A stretch of 64,000 nt of DNA from Tubiluchus corallicola. Taxonomy: Eukaryota; Animalia; Priapulida. The translations under genes were made by a program, and so were the position numbers. The stretch lies in assembly GCA_030141605.1 (NCBI GenBank), contig JAQGDQ010000080.1, forward strand, positions 558,001 through 622,000, written 5' to 3'. The first letter of the stretch is position 1. Every line of letters starts with the position of its first letter. This document shows positions 1-39,852 of this stretch, in pieces. The notes under the pieces are model-generated. The model had not been told where the DNA came from. It did not search any database and worked only from the letters and a program-made list of their open reading frames with translations.

Positions 1-766
1 GCGGTCCATTTAATATAATTACAAAAATCTCCAGAGCATTACAGAAAGACTCTTTGATGTATAGGTTATTCCTCAGTATTACACGTTTACAATGAAAGTA
101 TGGGCGGATGACGGGATTCAACAACAAAGCGGAATTCGTAACAATTACTGTATTTCAATAGTAATAATTATTACTTTGTTAGCAAATAGCTATAAACGTT
201 CTGTTTGTTTGTTTCATTCTGCAAAAGGGACCTACAAGTATTTTATTCTGTCACTTTGTTTGAACACGTAACAGTTATGTCAAATAAACGTTAGTAAATA
301 CCCAATTTCAAGATAGCAGTCGTACAAAAGAGACGTATCTGTATGAACCAAAATTTAAACTAGTAAGATATTATGTCGCGGAATAAATTGCGAGAAAAAT
401 TCTTTTTTACTTTCCATGACAACAATGGCGACATCACGACTACATTCTTTCATAGTTTGTAGGCGTTTTGGACATAAGAGTGGTAGTACTTGATTGTATG
501 TTCATTGCCGTTTAATATTAATGAATATAGATAAATATACTTAATTTACACTAGTCTAGGTATTACAATGATGAGAGAAACAACAACGGCAAGAGCAACA
601 ACAACAATAATAAAAGCTAAGCAAATTGAAATGTTTTTAAAAATAAGATTCCGTTATATTTGAATATGTATTAATTGTTTTATATATGTACATAAACTCA
701 AGTTGATTGTAACTTAATTCCAAGGTTTTGCAAGAATTTGAAAAAACACGCTCTTCCGACACTTTC

Positions 767-789
767 TTTATTTTTTCTATTATTTTATT
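767..789 (-). promoter_or_regulatory. Candidate polyadenylation signals of the GPCR gene
   Basis: Two AATAAA hexamers on the minus strand (767-772, 784-789), about 500 nt after the stop. The hexamer is common in AT-rich DNA, so support is weak. Confidence 0.3.
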
Positions 790-1284
790 TTTTTCCGTTA
801 AAAACCTTAATATGTATTTGCCTATTTAAGCATGACTTCGGGCAATTACTTTCGGAAGGGGGATTTAAGTTTTGCTGAGAAAAGTATTTTTCACTTAATT
901 TGCACACTGGTAAAAAGCCTAGACTATTCTGATACTGAGCCGATTTCTCAAGAACGCAAATAACCAAACTCTGTCCTTAAGAAATCGGTTCAGCGTATCT
1001 ATTACTATATGTTAGCTAAGTTTAATTACTCGTTATCTTACTGTTCACTAACACACACTCTTAAACTTTATGAAAAGTTATTATGACTAGATTTCCATTC
1101 AGCAAATGCAATACTTGTTTGGTTATTTTGCATTTCTGTCATCATTTCAACATATTGCATTCAGTAACAACAGTGCTTCCTTGGTACTCTATTAAGTGAC
1201 GGTTGTGACGGTTTTGAATTTTCACCTTTTCAATTGGAAGGAGATATCTTGATGTGGTGATGACGGTGGTGATGATAGTAAAGC

Positions 1285-25961
<24,677 letters not shown>

Positions 25962-27768
25962 TATGTCATCATCTTGAGATTATCATTAAATCCTGGTATA
26001 ACTTCAGCACTATCATGTCGCGAGCACTGTTCACACTTCTATATTAATCGATCGGAAGTTTTAGATCAAAGACTGGCATAAACAAACAACGATGAATGAT
26101 TGCTCGTACAAAAGAACTATGTCGTCACTTTTTCTTACTTGCTCTTGCTTCGTTGGTAAACACTTGAGAAACACTGCCCTGAGCTGAGCCTGACAGTCTA
26201 TAGCTACTAGCCTATTGCATCCAATTAGTACGTAACAGCTAAGCCAGGCTCAAATATTTCGGAGTCCCTCGAGTTCTTTAACGATTTAATCTGAACTATA
26301 TTAGATCTGACAAAATTTCTGCTTCTTGAAAGCAATGATTGCTTTAGTTTGCTCAAAATTCTCATAGGCAAGAATAATACAGTTCAAACTTTCATTTCTT
26401 CCTTCAATTGGCCATCAGCCAGATTACATAAACCGCTTGTACTGACTAATGACTAATGTGGTCCAAACGATTAAATCCATGCTCGTCAAACAGTGTCAAA
26501 ATGTGTAACTCAGAAAACCTTCTTTCATCGCTTTCATTCTAATGATACTATTTTCCAACTGCAAAACGTCGTATAAATTGCGCTTGCGAATTGACGAGCG
26601 ATTGATGAAAGGAGAATAAATGCGTTGTTCAGACTTGGATATCAACAGGACTGATTAAGAGCACTCATGCTTACTGGCATCTGTGCAGCTGTTGGCTTCA
26701 TACGAGAAAAGTTTAGAAATAGCTGAGCGCATGAGTTACTGAAAAAATTACTTGACACTTGAAGAGCTCACGTCACCGTTAAATAATTATGAATCTGAAA
26801 GTACACGTTATTTTTACTTCAGCTTCACTGAAATGCAAAAGCAGGTATACAAGGGCCAACTTGAAATTCAATACTTCAATGTATAAATGCACGTAAAATT
26901 TATTTTATCCGGTTCATGACAAACTGACGTTCTGCTGCACTGCTTAATCGTTACATATGAACCCAGTTTGCAGTTAAGTTGCAATATTTCTTTCTTTGTA
27001 TGATTGTAATGTTATCTAAGATTCAGCTACGAGAAAGATTTTAAAGTTTATTTTTGCCAAACAAAAATACTGTTTGAGTTGCGCCATGAGTTTCCTCTAA
27101 CTTTCAGTAAACGATAAATTTCTCAAATAAACACACGTTCACATAAATCAGAATGCTTTTTGCGTCCAGGTTCTGAAAGCAAGTTAATATCTCAATTTCT
27201 CAATTTTTTGAAAGAAAAATGGACAATAACACTTTGGGAATTAATAGTAGATGCTAGAAGTATTTATGCAAAATTTTGGTGTGCATTTCTTTCCTGATTG
27301 GAGTTAACAACGTGTTCGTAAACTTTTTAAGGTACGTTGAAATTTTGAAGTAACTTTTACTTTTATTTTTAAAACTTGAGACTTAGTAAAGCCACATCAA
27401 CAAATTTCACATACCTATTTAAAGCTATCTTGTAATGTCTACGGAGCTTTAATCAAGCCCTAAAAGGAAAGTTGTTTGATTCATCAATGTTAATAGGAAT
27501 CCCGAATGCATGTGAGTCCATTATAATGCAACTTAGTAATAATGTACGCATAATTTTGTTGCAATGCCCCCAGAGCCATTCAGAACCCAGATACGCAAGA
27601 ATGTGTGCTAATTACAGAAGCCCAAAGCCCTTGAAGTTCATGTTGCGATAATAATAACAGACAGTCTTTAAAACCCGACATACTGAGTCGTAACAAAAAA
27701 GCATAAAATTACAAAAGAAGTGCAGTTTGTTGATCTGTAGATGTAATAGCTTTATATAGTAGTTTTCT

Positions 27769-27772
<4 letters not shown>

Positions 27773-27836
<64 letters not shown>

Positions 27837-27850
27837 ATATATATATATAA
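27773..27850. repeat. (TA)n microsatellite
   Basis: Direct reading. Confidence 0.95.
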
Positions 27851-30800
27851 TTACGTATAATACATATAAAATTGTTAGATGTGTAATATCTATACATTCG
27901 TCGAACAAGGAGGAACGTGTCAATGTCCACTTAATTTTCCATATCGTACGTATTATAAGATCTGGTCTAAAATTTTGAATTTACAGCTTGAAAATCTACT
28001 CTGACTTTAGGACACACGTGTATCCTACAATCGAAATTGTCAGTTTAATAAATTTTCACCCGGTCTTCTTGAATTTGAGGTTGGTCCACTTGCTATATCT
28101 ATGTGCAAGGTCAAAAAGGTGATCAAATTGAGAGAACAATAAATGCATCATTTTAAAAACACGCCAGCATGCCTTTTGCCTTTGCGAATAAGTGCCGTAT
28201 TTTGTGAAAGAACTAATACCGAGACTCAGCCGAATCCAGGCTCTACATCAAATAATGATTTATTACTTCAGCTATTATAGAGTTGAAGTCGCAAACAATT
28301 CGAATCAGTTTATGACACAGCTCCCACATGCGTTACCGCTCGAATCACTAACTAACTAACACATTCCTAATGTTGATGGTAATCTAAATGATGAACTTCA
28401 CTATATCACTGACGAATTAGCATTAATACATCATTGAACATTTGAAATTCAACTGACTGTGCGCATGCATATCAGCCTTGCGACCATAATGGTGACGTAC
28501 ACGTATAGTATCAAACACGTACACTGTAATGGTCGATGCACTATCAATCCCTATTTATTTTGTGTACATCATCGGTCGTCTAGTTTACAGACTTTGTGCG
28601 CAGCTTGAAAATATATCTGCTCCAAAATATTTGCTTAAAAGCCTCTATCACATGCAGGTTTAAACAATGATAATAACGTGAATTTTATGTGCTAACAAAC
28701 TCAGCAAAGAAAGGCTGAATAGTTAATGCGGAGTTAGGTACTTCTTGGACAGTAATAAATCTTTCATTCCATTCGCGCTTACGTTGCAATTTTACAGCCT
28801 CCAGCAACGCTTCATGCATCCTGTGGCGAAAATGTCCCACATTTTTTTCATCCATTTTGGTTTTAAATCAGTGACTTGCCATTCGCGCGAGCTGCAAACA
28901 ACATCGCAGATTCGTAATTATCTCTTCAATTTAATTACTTTTCTCGTCAAAATCGTCTTATTTTACGAGAATTTCAATTAATTGAAAAGTGTTAATTGCT
29001 GATGAAGATTTTATTAACTTAATTTTTCAAAACAATTTTAATCTAACTATATTGTTAGAGCTAGTTAACATTCTCCTCTTAACTCGATGGTAAAATGGTA
29101 GTTAGCCGCGATACTTTATAAACATTACAAATGTTCCTGTTTATCATAATAGTAATCGATTTCAGTTAGTACTCGTTTGTGTTATTTATTTTTAATAATC
29201 ACTATTGTAAAATTAGCGAGTTTTATATGACAGTGGAAACAAAATAAAATCACTGATAAAAATAACGATGTGTTAGTGTGTTTCTCCCTGTTCATAATGT
29301 ATTGTTCACCAAATCTTTTAATATGTAGTACTTAAGTGCTTAACTACACTGCGTGATAGGCTTATTAATCAATTGTCCAAAACAGTTGTAAGTGCTAAGT
29401 ATAATATGACGAAGTTCAACAGAATTTTGCACATTTTGTTGCGGTGTTACGCGCACGTTTTATCAATATTTGTTACTAAGTTATTAACTGAAATCGATTA
29501 CTATTATTATAAACAATTGTAATGTTTGCAAACTATTTTCTCGTTCATTTAAATCAGTTGTTCCAAACACAAACTGCTCTGTTACAAGTATTTTAACAGT
29601 ATATATATATATATGCTGTTGTTCAAAGACACCATGTTGTTCAAACGGGCGATACAACCTAAAATAAAACAACAGAAAAAAATGATAGATACGGCGGAAT
29701 GGGCCCACTTAGCAGCGTCAATGCTGCGTCATTAACTCATAGCTGGGAAAACGAAACGGTACAAAAAATACTGAGCCGTAATTCCGTATCGAGTACATGT
29801 ACGATCTACTATAGTAATGTCTTAAAAATTAATCGTAAAAGCGACTAAAATATTGATTCTTATTATGAATTTATACATACTGCAAAAACAGAACTGCAGA
29901 ACTTCCATACCATTTATTTTAGGTTGCAAAGGGTACAAAATTTTGCGTAAGATATAAATTGTTTGAACTACTTTAGACTTAATTAATAATTTTGTGGTGG
30001 ACAGGATGCGTTAGGTCTATTAACTAGCTTTAACTGTTGTCGTAAATCACGTGCATGCTTACTAATGCCAAACTTTTAATGCTAACTCAAATTTAAAGTG
30101 TCTTACCTGAAACATTTGCGAGTATATACTGATCGTAATGCAACACTAATTAATACAAGAAGTTATATGCAGCTCTTATAGAAAAACGTAGCATACTCAT
30201 CAACATTAAGTAACAATCTAGCATAATCTGCCTTAAGCTGGATAAATTTACCAGCAGGTAACATGTAGGTATACACAAAAGAATTATAGTATCTCTATAG
30301 TCATTAAATGCTGTGGCCGCGCATGTTAATGCGTTAGATAAGTACGTTTCGAGTTTCTTTTATCGGCAAAGCTAACCTTAAACTCAGATGACATGCAATT
30401 ATTAAATGGTTACTGATTTGCGCAGATCGGCAAAGTTTTAAAGGTTGCTCATTAATGACATACATTTTGAAATGTTCTTGCTTCAAAATATCAGAACTAG
30501 CAATTAAAACAGCAGTGCTGCATGAACAGGTGTCATATGTGGGAATCAAGCCTACCCAACTTGTAAACAACAACAACTGCATTTCGGGAAGTGAACAACT
30601 GCGCTTCTAAACGACTCCGTTTTTAAATTTACACGCAAAATGAACCAAACTAGCTGTTTTGTATGATAATTAGGGGAGAACAGTAAATGTACCAGTGAGT
30701 AAAACAAGTCCTCACGCTGAGTTCCTTACCAATGGTAACGTTACAAGCTGAGTAAAGTGGTACGGAAAATGTACGACAAAAGATATGGAAAAAATGCCCT

Positions 30801-31096
30801 TAGTCTTGATTGAATGAGCCTTCAGTGTTATGCTAAATAGGCCTAGTGCTGAAAGAATGTTTAGACTCGTTTAGATCATCTACAAATACCATTCCTATTT
30901 TTGACAAGCGTTAGAAAAGTTTAAAATTTAATTGTTGGAAAGTGCAGGTCACTAATATTTTTACACCACCTTTCTTCTTCATGTACATGTTGAAAAAATA
31001 CCGCACCGTAATTACTGTTATTACTGCCAGTGATAAACACTTAACACACGCACGAGAAAATTATGATTTTAGACACTAATTAACAAACCCATGGGA

Positions 31097-31154
31097 AAGA
31101 AGAGAAGAAAGAAGAAGAAAAAGAAGAAGAAGCAGAAGAAGGAGAAGAAGAAGA
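31097..31154. repeat. Degenerate (GAA)n tract
   Basis: Direct reading. Confidence 0.85.
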
Positions 31155-31508
31155 AGGTTGGTGTAAAAATATTAATGACCTGCAGTTTCCAATAATTAAT
31201 TTTCAACCTTTTGTAACACTTGCCAAAAAATAGGAATGATATTATTAAGCGATTTACACGAAACAAAATCTTTTTTCAACACTAGGCCTCTTTAGTACAA
31301 CACTGAAGGCCCATTCAGTCAAGACTAAGGGAAATACACAGTTACTAGCGCAGTCTGAAGGAAAATTAAAAATGAATTTTGCAGGCAGTATTTTGTATTC
31401 GAGCATACTTCGTTTAAATCCCAACAATCGTTTGACTGCAAGTCTTTCATCATTAACCCGAAGTAATCTGAGTTTAAATTTTTGCACTAATATGGTCACA
31501 GGTACTTC

Positions 31509-31950
31509 GTGTTGTGCTATGTTGTGCCGTGCTGTGTTGTGTTGTATTGTGTTGTGTTGTGTAGTTTTGTACTGTATTTTGTTTGGTTCTGTTTTGTATG
31601 AAACTATTGTACTGTATTGTACTATATTGTATTGCATTACATTGCATTATATATATATATATATATATATCATTTTTATTTTTACTCGTGGTACAATGAC
31701 ATCAAATAAACAAACAGATCAACAAGCAAAATAACATTAATTAACAAGATTAGGTGTGCTGTACTGTACTATACTATACTATTCTGTTGTTCCGTCCCGT
31801 TCTTTTCTGTTCTGTTCCATTCTGTTTGCTCATGAACTGTACTGTACTGCAACGGGCCTGTGTTGCGCTAAACTGCATCGCATCGCATCGCATTGCACTG
31901 CATTGTATCGCATTGCGTTATGAACATTACGCAAAATTGCTTTGCATTGC
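31509..31950. repeat. Compound degenerate pentanucleotide repeats (TGTGT/TGTAT/TGCAT) with a (TA)n run
   Basis: Direct reading; explains the spurious Cys-rich ORFs here. Confidence 0.85.
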
Positions 31951-32614
31951 AGTCAGAGAATCACTATTGATTCATTAGAAAATGCAAAGTTTAAAACGTT
32001 TGGAATCAAAGCACTTATTTAAACGTCCTGTTTGATTAGAAATCTCAGTATCTCTATATCGAATGTCAATAGTAATGTGAAAAGAGCGGATGTAGGCTAT
32101 ACTACTGCTCTAAAATTTTAATGTGGTAACCAACAATAATGCAGAATGAAGCCAGGGAAATAATTCTGGGAAAGAGGAAAGTGCATTTCTTCCCCTTTCT
32201 TGCATGTTCTCTTTATCGGAAAGCTCGAACAGAAATCACCACTGGACATGTTATTGAAACGAGCTTACATCGTGAAAATCACAACGGATAATATGTCACT
32301 TAAAAGAAGTTACATTTTTAGTAGAATAACGGTGACATTGAGCAAACTGTGTGAGATAATAAATAAAATTCAAAAGCTGTAAGAAACTGGCAAACAAGAG
32401 TCACGTATATTACCAGATAGGGAATCGATTTATTGACTAGTTGGCTACTTTGAGTGTTATCATTCAAATCAGTCTATTTCTTGAGAAACGCAAGGAACGC
32501 AAAAAGGATGGTAAGCTGAAAAACAAGCGTCAGCTAGAATGTAGTGATGTTATTACTTATCATTCGTCAAGTAAAAGCTGAATAATACGCAACGAGGCGT
32601 GCAAAAATACTCTA

Positions 32615-32893
32615 TACCCTTTTCACAGTTTAAAAACCATTTTCGCTAAACGATCTGAGAGTTCACACCGTCAGTGGACAAACCATTTTGAAACAAAAAG
32701 AAGACATTTGCATTGTTGACGTCACGCCGCTCAAACGAATTTAGTGTTTAGTGCAAAACAGTTTGAAAACGGTTTTAAAATATCCCGGAAACGGCTTCAA
32801 AACGGTTTGGTGAATATGTTTTGAAGGGCTATCGTATGAACACTCAAACTGTTTCAAAAATGGTTTTATATAATTTTCCGTATGAAAAGGATA
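32615..32893. mobile_element. MITE-like element with imperfect terminal inverted repeats
   Basis: The left end tacccttttcac...aaaaccatttt...tgagagttcacac matches the reverse complement of the right end gtatgaacactca...aaaatggtttt...tgaaaaggata. Confidence 0.6.
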
Positions 32894-35800
32894 CTCGGTC
32901 TTTTTCCTTATTACGCACTGTAATTCAATATATTGCCTGCAACGTTGCAGATCAAAATGTGATAGCCAATGCAAGACTTGTTTCAAATAGATGCTTCCAC
33001 ATATCCGGTTATTAGTAATACTAATAATTAGGAGTGAAAGAGAAACGTCGGCAGGTATTGTAAATAATTATGATTAAAAAATAAATTTTAAACATTTATA
33101 ATAGCCGATAATATCCGTTTCTTCTTTATTCTTGATTAATGCAAGCCTTTTCTAACCCTGTTGCTGATGACTACTAAATACCTGGCGTCATATTTTGATT
33201 ATTTGGATTTTATTAATTACCTGTATCACTTTCATAATTTTGTTTTTGTCCCCACGTATATATGAGGTCTAAAAGTAACAGTTTTTGCAAAAATTTGTTC
33301 CGTAAATTATAGGAGTCTAAGCGGAAGATATACCGTTATTATAGTAACGTATGGCAAATGGCAACGCTACAAATTTCATTAGCACAGCCGGCTCAAGTAC
33401 GTAGTTAGTAGATTTAATGTCAGTTTCACAATATTATTAGTACTTAACTGGAGTTCTTATTTTTGTTATTGTTTAGATAAGCCATAATTAGATTTTACAC
33501 TTGGCTTGAAGTTACAAATTCACCAGCTTTGATATGCGTTTTCAACTGGCGAGTTTTCGGTTGGTTTCAAGTTACTTTCCCGAAAATGTATTTTATGTAT
33601 GAGAATTAGAAAGAATCAAACAAAAAATCTTTCGTATCTAAATTATACGTAGCATAGTGCAATGAAAAGCGATGAATATGTTGTTGTCTAGGCCTGTGAA
33701 TATTTACATTAGTTGAAACTAAACGTAAAATTACGTTAAACAAAATATGCTGTAAAATCATTTGAAATGCTGTCATACACTCATACTAACTTAAGGTACT
33801 AAAATTATTTCAGCATCTTACCAGTAATTGTATACAATTGATAAATATCTATCATCTGCAACAGATGGCGCGCAAGCATAAAACACGGTTAGGTTTCGCA
33901 GAAGCCGTACTATAGTCGCCCCATAGATGATAATAATTAGAGTATATTCCAATGCATCGATAGCAGTTTAAAATGTTTTTATATGTTTAATATCGTCAAT
34001 GTTTTTAAATAATTTATTCATAATTATTAGCGATTCCAATAAGTATTAGGGTTTGCAATATTTAAATAAAATTATAAGTTTTTTTTTGTTTTATGCTTCG
34101 TTATATACTAGAAACAATTATCATAGACTCATTAATACGTGCTTTTATATATGATACAGTCTGATATATTGGCATTTTTAACCGTACTAGATGGTAGAGT
34201 GGACATTAGTACGCGAGCATATGCTCAAAATAAGACTAGACAAATGACATGTGCTTACAGCCTAGGTGGCAGTACTGATTTGCAAGTGCATCTTGAGGAT
34301 GGTTGCATAACACAATGCTGCATAACTATCTAGGTAGCAAGAGTTTACATTGACTAGTATTTTATTACGGACCATTATGGTTCCTCTTAAATGAGCCCGT
34401 ATTACCCACAAGGCTCAGCCCTACTTGAAAATTGTTACTGCTACCCAGATTATTTATCTAACATAGTTAAAACTGGTCACTAGATTGAGTGAGCGATTTT
34501 TGAGTTAATGGCTCTTGGATTAAAAAATAGGCGCGCCTTTTTAAAATGAACTCAATGTTTACCATGGTTTTTTACAATGCTATTTTTGGGTGGTATGACT
34601 ACTATGTACGCATTTTTGATATTGATGGGCAGTTTGAAGTGGTTAACCTGTTTGACTGATGAGTAGAAGTAGATTGATGTGATGTGCCGTCAACTGTAAC
34701 TTTTTGATTTTATTATTTTAACATTAAACGGTAACAGAAGCCTGCAAAGGCCTCTATAAGTTCTATTATCAGTCTATTAAATGGACTGACAGGTTCACAG
34801 AGTAACCTATCAATTATTGGCTGCAATAGTCAGTATTTGGCGAACGCTGGCACTTTGATGTCACAGAGGTATCACAGAAAAATCAAGCTTTAAAAAAATT
34901 AAGCGATGTTGATAAATGTATTAATGATTTCTAGCCTCTATATGTTCAAATCATAATGTGAAACCCAACTATGATCAACACACTAATCTAACGATTTGTG
35001 GCAGGCATCGCAGAGTACATCAATAATAATAATACAGCGGCAGCTGTCTATTATTAAGTATGTTCTTATTTCATTGTCAGATCGACGAGAGCTATTGGTT
35101 TTTGCCTACATCTGATCTCTCTAGTAGCGGGATACATTAAGCATGTTTCATGCTCAGTAGTCTCCACATTAAATTTTAATGATCATCAATAACGAAGGAT
35201 GAGCAGCATCCTCGCATTCATTGGATCACTTTAGGTATAGACGGGAATAACTCTGTAACGGCAGGACAATATGAAGACCTGTTTCAATGGTTTTCTTTAT
35301 TTTTGATAGCAAAAGTTAAAAGAAAAATTTAGTGACAAGTTCTCTATTACACTCAGCTCAATAGAAATTTCAGTTCAAAACTAGTTTCAGCATTTGTTTT
35401 TTCTACAATTATCCGTATCATTGTATACTTTATATTATGTACAAAGACTAACATTCATTTAAACACAATGCATAATTCGCATATCAAAAATAACAAAAAA
35501 TATTAAATCTAAATTTGGTCTAAATAAGTAAGTGGAGTCTGTTTTTCTAGGGGCTAATGCACCTGGCAATATGAGATGTAATTCGAGCTTTGCACATGGT
35601 TATCCAACATATCGTCGTCATAGCTCACACTCCTCTGTCCAGAATTCAATTATAATGAATACAGTTAATGAAACTTGAGCTAGTTTTGAATCTGCAAAAT
35701 ATTTCTTACCAATTTTAACCTGAAAAAACTTATTTCATTTTTCATATTTTAACATATGGGGTAGGTTATTTTCCCAAGATTTGTTGTGGTGCAGATTTCT

Positions 35801-37119
35801 ACAGGTTTGTGTGAAATCTCAAAAATCAAACATTTTCTCGACAAGAAGACAATATAAAAAAGTAACTTGCTTGATAAGTATTGTTATTACTTTTATCGTA
35901 ATGCTTCTTTCAATTAATATAAACGCAATAGTGACGTCAAGGACTTAGTAAATCATGGTAAAAATGACTTTTTTCTCCTTAAGCGAACTTAGAAAGCCTG
36001 TACTCCTTAGTATATAAACCCAGTGTTAATAAAGATACACAAACTTATACTATGGTTATTACAAAAAACCATTTCTTAAATACATACTTCTTTATATTCT
36101 AGTCGCCCATTTAGATACTATTCACAGTTTCCAATCTTCATCTTTGGCAAATTGTTTTTAGCGCAAACTTACTGACTTCAGAATAGAAACTAACTAACTA
36201 CAAATACAGCATATGGTAAAAATCACATACTTTACTAGTACTGAATATATTGCGATCGTTTGATGAATATTTTTTACTGTTAAGACTTATGATTATAGTG
36301 ACTGCTAATTATAAGACACCAAGTGAGCAGCAGAATAGCTAATTATAAATTCACCAGAACTGCAACGACTCCATCTGATATCTAATAACAAAAGATTTAG
36401 GAGTAGCGAGTCGCGAAGTTTCATACCAATCAGACGGAATGAGAGTAATGTTTGCTCCTCTAAACTCAACTCTGTAAGCTGTGTGCTCGTGCACTCGTTA
36501 CTATAATGAGATCCTTAAATACACATTGTTAGTGTGTCCAAATCAAATGTATTCAGGCTTCCCGTAATGTTTACAGAAACTTGGTCAACAGGCTCTTGCT
36601 ATTATGCTGCGCTTGTAGGCCCACCACTGTGACTGCTGATAAGTTATGCGGTTATACTTACGAGTATGTGAGACACGTATAGTCACTGTATATATATGAG
36701 AGTTTCTTGCATGCAATAACAACAAAATTAAATTAAATGAACAAAGTTAAGCTATCGAAATTTACTTAATTATTATGCAAAAAAGCGAAAAAGCCACTGG
36801 ACTATTCTTCTTTTGGGCCCTCTAAAATGTGAAACCAGCTAGAAAAATATCTGAGTTATTAATAGCCAAAAAAAAGTGAACTTGCATGCGATAAACCCGC
36901 AAGTTGAAGATAATTATGATTTAATCGAGTTACATGGATGCAAGTTGGATGTAATTTTCGCCAAGCTATTTTACTGATATAAACAAGATGTTCTGTCTTT
37001 TCAAGCTCGTAATATAAAATTGGACCGCCGCGCTTACACTAGAGAAAGCAAATCTCCATTGACTGACGTTTATGACTGTGTAATCAGTAGCCTCACTACT
37101 TGAGTTCTGACGCAAATTT

Positions 37120-39797
37120 TATATTGCATTAGCGTGAACTGAGGAAGAGGATAAAAATAAAGCCTTGAGCCATGTCTGGAAATTGTATGACGAAAACGTG
37201 GCTCAGATTCTCTTCCAGGAAGACTAAGAAGAGTCACTTAGAATTGCTGTTTTGACACAAACTCAGCAATCTGCTGTCTGTCTTGTCTGGGGAAACACCG
37301 CAAGGAGGGTACGTAACCTCTTTAGAGTTGCGGTTTGCCTGAAAACTTTACTGAACTGAAATTTTAGGTTAATAGTCTAGTAATAGTTATTATCAGGCTC
37401 GATGATAGTTCATTTTTATGCAGAAATATTGCCGCACTCTGCGTCGTCACTGCGACGAAAGAACAACATGAATGAAGATTTAAAAGTTGGTAGAGCTTTA
37501 ATTGCTATTATTATTATTAATCATTTATTTGTTTCTAAATACACATTAAGTTCAACATTTGTCAGTAGCTCACAAACAACACGACAAAGAACAATACGCC
37601 AACAGAAATGAACACGCCATGAAAAGCGTGTATATATTACCATGATAATTTAAAGTTCATCAAGACAATGACAGCCTATACTTTTCTGTTCATCTTTGTT
37701 TCACCGCTTCACCGTACAAAGTTTCGAGTTTCTTCTCATTGCCAAATTTTACTCACAGTCAGGAAATTAATATCTCGCCAAAAGGAAAAATTGTTAGCTC
37801 AACAAAAAGTGCAAATATTTAGACTTTCATAAACCGAGAATTAATCATATTACCCCAGTTGTTTTTTATCATAGATCTTGGTAAATGATAAGCCTATTCA
37901 TTCCAAACTGAAGTTGCAGTTGCTGTCAGACGGAAGCCAATATTTACATTACTTCTTAATTTAGTGAACCACAGCGGCTTTACAAGTGCACTCGTGCAGC
38001 AGCGCGTCTACAGGGGAAGAAGCCATGAACAAAAAAATGGAACAGTAGATGGGGAAGATCGCAAATGTAAAGCGTGTGGGCAAGAATACTTGATTTTGTA
38101 AATTCTTTATATTTTTCAGAAGAAACTATATATATATATATATATTATAGGCAAACTGCGAAACTGGATGCTCAATAAACTGCCTAAGCATTTTATAACA
38201 AGTCGAATAAATTTTAACTAATGTAAAATCAAACAAACGGTCAATTGTTTTGATGAAATTTTCCTAAGCATTTTTTTAAAAGTCTATTGTTCAAAAGAAT
38301 GTGGGAAAATAAATCATGTTTCAGCGTACATCCAAATTGTGTTATTTGTGTGTTAAAATAAATAACTAGCAAACTTGCTATTTAAAAAAATGTTCAAGTT
38401 ACATGATTGTTTCATTCACAGCTGATGCCTGCCGTAAACGTGCTATGTTTTTGTTCCATGTAGGATGGACGCAGAAGGAGTTAACAACTCCATGCTTAAA
38501 AGAAATGGTTGGGAAAGGCATGCAAATACAGCAATGAATAATGTTTTCCTGACGAAAATGACTAGCAATGAATTAATGATGTAATTGACTGTAATGCCAG
38601 GGAGAAAAATCAGCCTCCTCATTACTGCTTATAATATATATCGTTATGGTTGTGCAAAAGAAAAATAATCACATAGCTACAGTACAAGAAAAAATGCTGC
38701 CAGAAAGTGAACTGATTGACATACTTTGAGATAGAAACGTTGTCGGCTATACAATCTCATAATTGTTCTGAACCACGACTTCTAATGTACATTGTATGCT
38801 TATTGCCATTCAGTTACATTTTCATTTTACATAATTTTAATTATATTTAAATTTTATACAAAGTAAACATATGAATAAATGGCATCAAGCAAATAATATT
38901 AGAATTTTTTTAGAATAACAATAGAATATAACTCGCCAGCTTATTTGAACTGCATACTTAACACATTGACTAGGCCGTTCTACGCATCTTATACAAGCAA
39001 CAGGTACTGTGCAAAAAGGGAAGGAAAAGTTAGATTTAAAGCGAATTATGTTCGTTTCGTACTCTGTCAAAATAACTAATCGCATTCTGCATAGATCCTA
39101 GCTATTATACAAAATGTCTAGTAAGGTGTCAAAATCTCTCAATTTTGCGTTTTGCCTGTAAAATATATATCAAAAACTGCTATCATTGGCTTTTAAGTTT
39201 CAATAATAAAAGCTTTTTGTAATGTACAACATAATATTTCAACAGTACAGCGGTAAGGGAGCGGCTACTTAACTAGACACGTCATAATTTGCGAAAATTA
39301 TGAATTAACAGAAACACATGATCAGCGCATTAACATTAAATTGAACTTTGCAAAACAACTAATGCGCAGGTCTGAGACTGTCTAGATTCTCAAAGCACTG
39401 AGCTTTTTCCAAGTTAAGCGTCAACTGCCCAAACACAACGTACTGTGTGAAAAATTATTATTGTGTAACTGGACAGCAAACATAGATTAAGGATTTCGTT
39501 TAAACCACTTAAATCGTCTTTATTATTAACTAAGCGTTTCATTTAATTCCTGGATACGATTTGCTACAATACCTGACCTCATTAAACACTTACTTGAATC
39601 TCAATTTGTATATTACATTCTTATTACATTTCTTGTAAATTAAATAATAAATGTGTTTGTCAAACATGGACTTTTACAAATTTCATTTAATTGGAAATAA
39701 GTTCTTTAATTATTGCGTAACTCAAACAACAATAATATGTCTAGCCTAAAGTATAGTAGCAATAATAACAATAGTAATAATAATAATAATAATAATA

Positions 39798-39852
<55 letters not shown>

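Noticed and set aside
31254-31978. Cys-rich and hydrophobic ORFs
   Set aside because: Translations of pentanucleotide and TA repeats.
33855-34275. CTCF-like motifs (CAGATGGCGC, CCTAGGTGGCAG)
   Set aside because: Short partial matches, often found in repeats; cannot be supported without chromatin data.
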